20,000 nucleotides of DNA, from assembly GCA_026025795.1 (NCBI GenBank), contig JAPEUG010000054.1, forward strand, positions 44,947 to 64,946. The letters are read 5' to 3'. Below are positions 10,404 to 20,000 of the stretch, one piece after another. The DNA comes from Thelocarpon superellum. Taxonomy: Eukaryota. The first letter of the stretch is position 1; the number at the start of each line of letters is the position of its first letter. The notes below the pieces were generated by a model. That model ran no database searches. It worked only from the letters and a program-made list of their open reading frames with translations, and was not told where the DNA came from. Both the position numbers and the translations under genes were made by a program.

Positions 10404-11873
10404 ATGATGAGCGCGGAATATCCTGCTGGCATGTACCATCAGTCTCCTCGACGAGGCGACTTTGCGCTGACTAGCGGGCGGTTCAGCGGCGGGGCCGAAT
10501 GGTGGCGGCAGCCATCTCGCGGTGGAAGGGTCGGTGCTGAAAGGCACCACCCAGTTCGAGCCGCTGCCGGAAGTTAAGAACATCATGGTCACGGGCGGCG
10601 CGGGCTTCATGTACGACACCCCCCGACCATGCTCCAGATCAGATCCAGATCCAGAATCAAATCGTCGGCGTTCCGGGCGACCTTGATCGATCGCTGCTCG
10701 GGACGGACTCGTGCTAATAGCGCTGCCTCCAATTAGTGCGAGCTGGGTGGTGAGGCACCTGGTGCTCACTTATCCCCATGCCTACAAAGTGGTTTCGTTC
10801 GACAACCTGGACTATTGCTCTTCGCTGAATAACACGCGAATGCTGGACACTCGCAAGAACTTTGCCTTCTTCCACGGGGATATCAAGCGGTCCGAGGACG
10901 TGGTGCGGTGCATCAAGATGCACGAGATCGATACCATCATGCATTTTGCGGCGCAGTCGCACGTCGACCTGAGCTTTGGCAACTCCTATCGCTTCACCAG
11001 CAACAATGTGTACGGCACGCACGTGCTGCTGGAGTGCGCCAAGGAGATGAAGATCCGCCGATTCATCCATGTCTCTACGGATGAGGTCTACGGCGAGATC
11101 GATGACCAAGATGAGGATCCGATGGAGAGCAGCCTGCTGGCTCCCACCAACCCCTATGCCGCCAGTAAAGCGGCGGCGGAGATGCTGGTGAATGCGTACT
11201 GGAAGAGCTTCAAGCTGCCGGTGATCACGGTGCGGAGCAACAATGTATATGGGCCCCACCAGTTTCCCGAGAGTAAGCCTGTCCTTCCCTCCTTCTCTTC
11301 TGTCCCCCTCGCCTTTGCTCTTGAGCTCCCATCCTCGCCGTCGCCATGGCCTGATGTCTGACCGGTGTGGCAGAGGTGATTCCCAAGTTTGCCTGCCTGC
11401 TACAACGGGGCTCGCCCTTGATCCTCCATGGTGATGGCAAACACACGCGGCGCTATCTTTACGCGAGCGATGCGGCAGATGCCTTTGACACGGTCTTGCA
11501 CCGCGGCTGCCTCGGCCAGATTTACAACGTGGGCTCGCGCGACGAGATCTCCAACTTGCAGCTCTGCTCTGAAGTGCTCCGTCTCTTCCACCTGCCGCAC
11601 GACACAGAGGAGGAGCGGGCCAAGTGGATCACGCACTCGCGCGATCGGCCCTTCAACGACCGACGCTACGCAGTGAACGCGACGAAGCTACATCAGCTCG
11701 GATGGGAGCAGAAGGTCTCCTTTGCCGAGGGACTCGAGACGACGGTCGCGTGGTACCGGCTTTATGGGCAGAGTTGGTGGGGCGATATTCGGAATGTCTT
11801 GGTCCCCTTCTCCTACGTCGCAGATAAGAAGGTGGTCTCCGAGGACGAGGGCGTGGATATTCCATGTCCATGA
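10404..11873 (+). CDS. UDP/dTDP-glucose 4,6-dehydratase (RmlB / RHM N-domain-like), ~394 aa. Exons 10404-10428 (via an inferred GC-AG intron), 10487-10610, 10737-11272, 11374-11873
   Basis: KNIMVTGGAGFIAS, DNLDYCSS, HFAAQSHVD, STDEVYG, TNPYAASK, RSNNVYGPHQFPEK and DRPFNDRRY. Introns 10611-10736 and 11273-11373 are canonical; the first exon is less certain. Confidence 0.93.
10634..10657 (+). repeat. Short imperfect (CCAGAT)n repeat inside dehydratase intron 2
   Basis: ccagat cagat ccagat ccagaat. Confidence 0.6.
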
Positions 11874-12341
11874 CCACGGGTCCGACCACGTGCTGGGCGC
11901 GTGGCGCCTCGTGCACCCATCTCTTGCCACCCCCGCATTCCACCACGTCATTTTGTGTCATGTCTTCCTTTCACCCTCGCTTTGGTCTGAAGTCCATGTG
12001 TTCGACGATGCTCTGAGAAGTAGATGCAGAAGATGTCGTACGCATGAAGTACCGCTAGTAGATGCTTGAGATCAGGTCGAAAAGTAGATGCATCACGACG
12101 GCGTAACTACACTGATTGGAGGCGGCACGTCAGAACCAATGGCGCTTTGGTGGGCGCTATGTGACGGCACGCCACCCGTCTTGCGTGATCTGCGCGAACA
12201 TGAGCAACGCCGGCGCCCCTACGCAGGTACCGTCGCTAACGCTCGCCCCAAGAGATTCCAGGAGACTTGCTCGAAGACCCAAGCCAGGGATACCCAGCAC
12301 CCCAATAACAACGGTGCAGCAAGCCAGGGCCTGGCTGTGCG

Positions 12342-12411
12342 CCCAGCACCCAGCACCCAGCACCCAGCACCCAGCACCCAGCACCCAGCACCCAGCACCC
12401 AGCACCCAGCA
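12342..12411 (+). repeat. (CCCAGCA)x10 perfect heptamer tandem repeat, intergenic
   Basis: 70 nt of perfect 7-mer units, plus an isolated copy near 12293-12299. Confidence 0.95.
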
Positions 12412-12620
12412 CTTCGTACTCGCATCCTCGTGCTCTACAAGTAGAGTATTCAACGACCGCTAGTACTACTCTTACACGGCTGCATCAACAAATGACGTAG
12501 GAGGACTCGTAGCCTGGCTCCAGACACACGATCGGTCATGCAGCTGGCAGCTTGGCTTCAGGATGAAACCCAAGCGAAGTGAGCTCGCCGGCTGTGCTCG
12601 TGGGGGTGGTGTCCGGGCTA

Positions 12621-12641
12621 CTCGTACTCGTACTCGTACTC
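12621..12641 (+). repeat. (CTCGTA)x3.5 short repeat
   Basis: ctcgta ctcgta ctcgta ctc. Confidence 0.7.
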
Positions 12642-13118
12642 CTTGACCTCCTTCAAAGGAGTTCGTCCTGCTGCGACAATGACCTGGACTCGTACCCGTC
12701 TATTACCGGCCGCCGTAGTGCCGGCGCGAGGGATCAGAACACGGCCCTCGCTACGAGCGACGAGTAGGGAGCCGCTACGGGGCGGGGCCTCGTGCTTGAC
12801 GATGGACACCATTCCATTTGCGATGAACGGAGGACTTTCGGTAGGAGGGAGCGCCAAGAAATATCCTCGTCGGCGCATAAGCATTGGGCGTGAGGTGAGA
12901 CTCTCTACGCCGTCCACCCAAACATTCAAAGGCCACAGCGACGCAACCGGCGAGGGGCGGCCATGGTGCCCGCAAGCACCCGAATTACGACCGACGTCTC
13001 TGCGCGCTCAGTCTTGACCCAGGCAACATCGCCAGTGGCTTCACGACGGTGAGAGCTGCCTCGCGTCGACGCAATCCTGACGACGCGCCAAGATCGGCTC
13101 CCTCTCCCTCCATCCAAG

Positions 13119-14214
13119 ATGTTGCCGGGAATCTTGTCCCGGGGCGACCAGCACACGCTCTGGATCTATCTATCCACTTTGGCCCTGGTGTAGGTGACCT
13201 CTGATCGAGCGTTGCCCGCGCACGAGACGAGATGGCATGGCGCTGATGCACCGACCGCACAGATGGCTGTTTGCCGCCCTCCTCCCCTCGCCCTCGAGCA
13301 CAACCCACATGATCCAGCAAATCCTCCCCTCGGTCCGGGTCGACTTCCATCCCTCGCGCTCGCCCTACAATGAATCGAAACTGGGCCTGATGGTGGACAG
13401 CCGGCCGCTGCCGCAACTGGCACCGTTGTTGTTGCACATGATGTCGGTGGCGGGCCCCGACTGGAGGTTTCTGTTCCTAGGCTCCAACGAGAGTGTGGCG
13501 CTCGTCAACACCAGCTTTGCCGTGCGCCAACAGCTCGAGGCCGGTCGACTGTCGCTGCGAGAGATGCCTGAGGAGAACGTGACAACGAGCCAGGAGCAGT
13601 ACAGCCAGCTGTTCACCAACCTAGCCTTCTACGAGAGCCTTCTCCCGGCCGAGTTCTTGTGGGTCTTTCATGCCGACAGCGTCATCTGCGCCAACTCGGA
13701 GCAGAATCTCGACGATTGGCTAGAATACGACTGGGTCGGCGCGCCATGGTATGTGACGAGGACTGCGACTCGCTGTGGCCTCGCCTCTTCGATACAACGG
13801 GGAGACTGACGCACTTTCGGCAGGGACGAATCCAAAAGCGTTTCGTGGAACACGCGCAAAGGAAACATGCCAGGCGGCGATGGCGGATTCTCACTGCGGC
13901 GCATCTCGCGCGTCATGGAAGTCCTACGCTTCCAAACCCGGTACGTGGAGGACATCGATCCAGAGGACGAGTGGCTGGCGGCGCGCATCGGCAATTTGCC
14001 CAATGCCAAGATGGCCTCGCCGAATGATGAGCGGCGGTTCTGCGTAGAGGATCAGTGGTATGAGCAGCCCATGGGCTATCACCTGGGCCGCGTGCTGGAA
14101 GCCAGCGGTGATCCTATCTGGAACGATCCCCAACGACGACGCGCCATCTTTGACTATTGTCCCGAGGTCAAGATGGTCCTGCCCATGGTGAAAGTCAACC
14201 GCACGTGTTTCTAA
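13119..14214 (+). CDS. Type II membrane DUF5672-like protein B (paralog of 6722-7852), ~315 aa. Exons 13119-13189, 13263-13748, 13824-14214
   Basis: N-terminal hydrophobic anchor (LWIYLSTLALVWLFAALL). Aligns by eye with paralog A: LLLHMMSV, WRFLFLGS, FHADSVICANS, YDWVGAPW, GGDGGFSLRR, EDEW, PMGYH, YCPE. Introns 13190-13262 and 13749-13823; 948-nt CDS. Confidence 0.85.
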
Positions 14215-14352
14215 GAAGCGTCGATCGAGGCCGGGCTTCGAACTTGGGTCATGGATGTTGGGTGTTTGGTTGGTTGTCTCTCAGAAGAGAGCTTTGTACA
14301 TAACATACTGGAAAGAAGAATTGGAAGGTATCCAAAGGAGAAAAAGGTCATA

Positions 14353-16286
14353 TCATCTTCCGTGCCGCCAAATAGCATCAGCCATCTTAACCACCTGCGC
14401 CATGTGCGCGACGTCATGGACGCGCACGATGTCCGCGCCGCCAGCCACCGCGGCGCTGATGGCAGCCGCAGTACCCCAGATGCGATCCCTGGGCTCCGCG
14501 ACGCCCGTGATCCTCCCAATGAAGGCCTTGCGACTGGGTCCCACCAGCCACGGCAAGCCCTGTAGGCCTGACCAGTCGCGCAGGAGGTGGAGGTCGCGTA
14601 GCAGCTCGAGGTTCTGCGCCTGCGTCTTGGCGAACCCGATGCCCGGATCAACGAGGATGCGCCATCGTCGTATGCCTGCCGCCTCCGCGGCTTGGACTCG
14701 TGCGGAGAGCTCGCGCGCCACGGTAGGGACGATCCCCTCGGGATATTGCGTCAGTTGCGTCATGGTGCTCGGTGTTCCCCGCATGTGCGTCAGGCATATG
14801 GACGCGCCTAGCTTGGCGACCGTCGCGAGCATCGCGCGGTCCAGCGTGCCGCCCGAGACGTCGTTGACCAGGTCCGCACCGGCGCCGACGGCCTCCGCCG
14901 CGACCCGCGCCCGGTAGGTGTCGATGCTGATGCAGAGAGGACGGGTTCGCGCTGCGGATCGCAATGCCCGAATCATGGGTACGGTGCGGCGAAGTTCTTC
15001 CTCTTCACTGACCTCCATCGCACCTGGTTTGCTCGACTGCCCGCCGACGTCGACGATCGTGGCGCCAGTGACGTCGAGTAGCTCCATCGTGCTGCTGGCC
15101 AGGGCATCCACGTCCACGTTGAAATTATCGCCGCCGTCAGAGAAGGAGTCAGGCGTGACGTTCACAATTGCCATGACTTGCGTCGAACGGTTTTCCGCTA
15201 GAGGAGTCAGGGGTGGTAATGATGGAGAAACAGGCGTAAGTGTCGATGTAGCGGACTCAGAACCTGGTAGAGACTGTAAAGTGGTTTGAAAGGTTGTCAA
15301 TGGGTGCGGCGAGGGGTGGAAGCCGTTCGGAATAAGGCTGCCTGGTCAGTCCTAATCCTGCCCTGCGACAAGGTGTTACTTACTCGCAGAGTGGACGAAG
15401 GACGAATTCTCGCTCCAGCATCAGCGGATGCGGGATTGTGAGCCTTGAGTGCTGCATGGAAAGGTGGTCATAGAGCAAGATATCCAAGTCGATGTTCCGA
15501 GGGCCTTTATCAACCACTTTCTGCCGACCCATATGCCGTTCGATGTCTTGAAGCTCTTCAAGCAGCTCCAGAGGGCTCAGCTCCGTTGTAATCTAATTGT
15601 CACCGCGTTAGACGCACCGCGGGCCACCGTGTACCATCGACTTCTATTTCGACTAACCTCACCAACACCATTTACAAACGGAGCTTGATCGACGACGTAC
15701 ATGGCCTCGGTTTCGTATAACGAGCTGGTCCGGGCCAGCGCAATTCCTCGTCGTTCCATCTCACGACATGCCCGTTCAATCATCGCAATCCGATCTCCCT
15801 CATTGCTTCCTAGGCCTATGAAGGCCCGTGCTTTTGGTGTGGATGAGGTGGTATCATTGTTGGCGGCTGAGGTGGGCAAGGGTCTTCTCGCGGCCACCCC
15901 GGAGGATTTCCTGTCGTGTGCGACTGATTCCGTACAAATTGGCCACCTTCTAGAATGTTGAGGGATCTGCAATAAGGGTTCATCTCGATAGAGTGCCGCG
16001 TGTCTGGAGCACAAACGTCAGCGAATTGAAACACCGCTACGCACAATGGCGGGCTAAGCAGATTGACATACGAGCAAGAGCCTTCCCCGCCGCTCTTTTC
16101 GGCTTCGCGATAGTCAGCTGTGTGTTTCAACGATGACACGCTTAGACATGATTGGCTTCCAGGCAAAGCTAAGCTACGTCCTGGTCTGAGCAGTGCGCGC
16201 CGGCGCTCTGTGTGGAAGGATGAATGTGGCCAGAGCTCGAATGAGCGACGCAGAGACCATCGCAAGAGCAGTGGAAACTCGAGCAT
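14353..16286 (-). CDS. FOL1: Folate synthesis protein, HPPK-DHPS fusion with a probable mitochondrial presequence, ~584 aa. Exons 16286-16072, 16003-15658, 15592-15384, 15337-14353
   Basis: HPPK motifs: AFIGLGSN, SSLYETE, GPRNIDLDILLY, IPHPLMLEREFVLRPL. DHPS motifs: NVTPDSFSDGG, SIDTY, NDVSGG, DPGIGFAK, GPSRKAF, RVHDV. Three GT-AG introns give a 1755-nt CDS; the first exon is less certain. Confidence 0.92.
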
Positions 16287-18204
16287 GTTTTCTGTCTCAT
16301 TTTGCCAAACTAGGATACGGGTGGCTGCATGTGGTAATGGAATGTTGAGTGGGTATGAGGATCGTGTGGTATCGAATATGTGGCGGATGCGTCTAGAGGT
16401 GCGGCGCACAATTGAGTTGATGTCGGATATTAGTAAGCGGAGATTGGCGCGAAAGTGTGGTGGTGGGGACTCCTAGTCTCCAGGCGCTCAAAGACTCCGC
16501 CCTCTGCCCATCTCCACACTAACCGTGCTTGGAGCAGGCTATATCCAAATGCTCTACCAAGGGTGAAGAGGATCTTGTTGAAATCACTGGAAAGAAATAT
16601 ATCAGACGTCGATTGTGTGCGAGGTGGGTCGTTACGGACAGACAGGAGAGATCGTTATCGTAATCATCTTGAGACCGTTACGAAAAGAGATCAGATGCAG
16701 AAGCAGCAGGCCCGTGGGGGAGACTTGGGCGCATCAAGACTTTTACATCAAGACCACCAAAAAGACTATACCAAGGTTCGTATGACAAGGTCACCTCGGC
16801 GATGTCTTCCAGCCCGCGAGACTTGTCTGCACCGTCGCCATCGACTCAAAAGACATCAGCATGGAGATCCATGATGTCGAAGCCCACCACCGCCGCCCAC
16901 GAGAAACGCTGAGGAGCCAACGGCTTAGGGAGGAGACAAGTCCACTCTCTACCGAGGGACAACCGCCAGGGAATCTCCGGTGGACCGACGTGCGCGGTAC
17001 GGCAATCCGGAGAAGAGACTGCACGCTTGGGCCTACGAGAATTGCGCGAACGTTCGACAAGCCTGGAGCACAATCCGTTCCACTGCTGGACGTCCGCGGG
17101 TGCATAAGTCGTCACAGATGGGATACTTGAAGGAAGAGGTTTGCCACGATAGGAGCATCACATGCGTCATGTTCTGCGCGTGGGGGGCCATTGCAGATTT
17201 CGCAGAAGTGCGGAATACCATACCTAGGCTATGGGCGCAGGCGGGGTCGTGCACTGCCCGTACTCGTTGTGGGCCACGCACGAACGACTCACGAGTAGGG
17301 ATGGCTCGCAATATAAGTTGCGGCTCTGCGGTTCGGGTCCTTCGGTCGGCTCCCCTCGGCTCCCTCGATCATCACCTTGCCTTGGTGCGACCTTTCTCAC
17401 CGGCTTCGCGAGCAAGCTCCCCACACTCGGCGCGTGCCGCCCATGGTCTGTATTGGTAGTGCCACCAGGGCAATGAATGCTTGAGCCGGTGCTCACTGGG
17501 TATGGTCCGTCTAGATCAGGTCTTCATTCGTCCTAGCATCTCTAGATCTAGCCCGCTTCAGGCGTGAGTCGCTAGTCTCGTAACGTTGGAGACGCGCCCT
17601 GCCCGGGGCTAAGGGACGGCCTGGCGGGCGTTCGCCCTGACCTCAGCCGGTCCCGACGCGAAAGCGCCTTGCACACGCGACCTCCCTCGTCCAGGAGCGG
17701 CGACGCGGCCTCCATCGTACCGTGGTGCATGGTCAAGTCACTCTGGCCCATGTCTCGCTTCACTCCCCCGGTCACATCCGCCATGCTGGCGCCGGTGGAA
17801 GGCTCGACAGCAAAGACGACTTGCCTGCCGTTGTACCACCATCTCATAGGTCCTTTCCATCTGGCCCCCTTCGGATGAGAGATCACCGCACCTGGGTCCC
17901 ACCTAAACCCTAGCGCAGCGGCATGTCTCCCGGCGCGCACCTCGTCGGCCTCCAAGGCCTCCACGGCCATGCCCGATTCGACCCACGCCGCTCGGGATAC
18001 GAAATACCCACGGCAGAGGAGGCTTAGCTGTCAGCCTCGTCTCCCCTTGCTGTCGCCCCCGTCACACGACCCTTTAAAGACCCATGTGTAGCCCTTGCCT
18101 GGCCAAATGCACCCATCGCGCAACCCCGTCATCAATCATCATTGTTCGTATGCTGATGTCGAACGATGGGTCGACGCCTCGCGCCGCCGGTCTCGTTCAG
18201 CATC

Positions 18205-20000
18205 ATGCATCTTCTCTCGTGGCTCACCACCTGGCCCGCCTTGGTCTTGCTCCCCTCCCTCCCCACGGTGCGTGCTCAGCAAAATACCACACACTTCACG
18301 ACGCTCGTCGACGCCTTTCCCGACCTCTACACTCTGCAAAAGCCCTTGACCAGGCCCACATACTTGGGCGGCCAAGACTTCGACCGTTGCTGCCGCGTCG
18401 CCGTGAGCGAGATGTTCTATATCGGCGACGATGGCTTGCTGCAGAAGCGTCCTTCAACGGCCGACATCACCATCGACGCGGGCCCTGACGCATTCCTCAA
18501 CTCGTTCCCATGCAACGCCAGCTATTCGCAAAATCCAAATGGTAGCCCGACGGTGGCCGTGAGCTTCAATTGGTGCTCGTCGAACTGCGGCGGTTGGGAG
18601 CTCTCCAGTGGCTCGAATCTGAAGCAGTGGGTGCAACCGCTGGTGGGCTTCATCCTGCCCGCCGTCGTCTTCTGTCTGGCGATACCTCGCCGCCGCCGGC
18701 TGTACATCCCCGACAGTCTGTTCCCCAGCGACGTCACCAATTGGATGAAGCTTTTCAAAGCCATGTTCTTTGCCATAACCGCTGCCCTGATCGTCACGGT
18801 CGACACCATCGTCTGGCTGTGCGTCGTCTTCGCCTTCTCCGGGCCTTTGCTGCTGAGTGGGCTCTACGAAGCCCTGCTGGACAAGCGTGTGATCGACCAC
18901 ATGCAGGAGAAGCTCGACAATCGGAGGCTCAGTGTCCAAATGCGGGCGCGCATCTATTATACCGTGCTCGTGGGCAACCTCGACGTCGATCAAGCCTGGA
19001 ATTCCACCATGGACCTGACCTCGCGTCTTCCCAACACTATCCCAGATACGGACACGCTGGCCTTGCGCTCCCCTCGACCTGGCGTGGGAAGTTCCCTGGA
19101 GCAGATGAAGGCGGGGCCACTCTTCAACACCAGGGAATCGGCCTACGCACCAGACGGATCCCGAGATGTGAGCCCGTCCGCGCCGGCAGGACGGACGCTT
19201 CGCCCCGATGATGAGGTCCAGTCCATCGGCGACCGTTTACAGCCGATTGGACATAGTCGGACCACATCACAGGCGTCTCCCTACCCGCCACCCATGCAGG
19301 AGCTGGACTTTCGGAAGCACATCGCGGAGACGCGGATCCGACTTAACGCGATGTTGGCATGTCAATATAGCTTTGGCTCGATTGTTGGAGCTCCGGTACG
19401 CCTCCCGTCCTCAGGCATGGCCTAACGTGGCTTACGAGAGGTCTAGGTCGTTTTCTTCATCGGATCCTTCATCTTCGCCCTGCTCTCGGTGAAGACGGAT
19501 CTGGGCGACAACGGTGAGAGTCCTCCAGGCCGTCGCCGGATCATGCTCACTATGATGGCAGACACGAGTCACGCGCTCGCATTTGGGATGTGGTGGATGA
19601 GGTGAGATCACGGTGCCACTTGTGTCGGGCCTGGACCTGTAGCTGACAGAGCATGCAGCATCCCACACCTTGCGATCGTGACAGGATGTCTCTTGGCTGG
19701 AAACAACCCCAACACACTTGAAGCGATTGTGACGGAGTCGATCAACGCCGAGCAAGCGGATAGCGCGGCGGCGGGCGAAGCTCCAAAGTCCTTCCGCGAG
19801 CACATGCGCTCGTGGATGGGAACGGTAGTGGTTCCGACGTACGAAGCGCATTACCAGCCGGCGTGGATGTGGGAGCGGGGCCGGAGCAAGCGTGAGTGGG
19901 TGATGAAGCTGTGTCAGGAATTTCATGACGAGGATCCCGTGGAGCTGCGACAACTGCGCAACAGCCTCCGGATGAGTCCCGGCGACTGGACGATGATTTC
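18205..20000 (+). CDS. Uncharacterised membrane protein (signal peptide, Cys-rich extracellular N-domain, multiple TM segments), truncated by the window edge. Exons 18205-19395, 19447-19513, 19562-19601, 19659->20000
   Basis: Signal-like MHLLSWLTTWPALVLLPSLPTVRA; CC..C..C..C ectodomain; hydrophobic segments (WVQPLVGFILPAVVFCLAI, VVFFIGSFIFALL, ALAFGMWWMSIPHLAIVTGCLLAGNNP). Three GT-AG introns maintain the frame to the end of the window. Confidence 0.8.

Noticed and set aside
12088..12463. PAPSTQH-repeat ORFs, or a CRISPR-like or telomeric array
   Set aside because: It is a simple 7-mer tandem repeat with no spacers and is not TTAGGG-like. The ORFs are a by-product of a stop-free repeat.
16400..18160. 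Possible gene between FOL1 and the membrane-protein gene
   Set aside because: Many short ORFs, but I could not build a convincing spliced model or recognise any motif. Treated as a divergent intergenic region, although a small gene or ncRNA is not excluded.

Overview
GC-rich, intron-containing eukaryotic DNA, most consistent with a filamentous ascomycete fungus (short GT-AG introns with CTRAY branch points). I reconstructed eight genes by hand; the seven complete ones splice to continuous frames ending in a stop. From left to right: (1) a full-length nitric oxide synthase-like protein with heme oxygenase and FMN/FAD/NADPH reductase modules, ~1148 aa; (2-6) a compact five-gene nucleotide-rhamnose module made of a 3,5-epimerase/4-reductase (NRS/ER type), a type II membrane DUF5672-like protein, a TPT/SLC35-family nucleotide-sugar transporter, an NDP-glucose 4,6-dehydratase and a second DUF5672-like paralog; (7) a FOL1-like HPPK-DHPS folate gene; (8) a partial signal-peptide, multi-pass membrane protein of unknown function. 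The best candidate for an undescribed system is the synthesis-transport-transfer cluster, which implicates the two DUF5672-like proteins as rhamnosyltransferases. The animal-like NOS next to it, with unusual active-site substitutions, is also notable. All family assignments come from motif recognition, not database searches.
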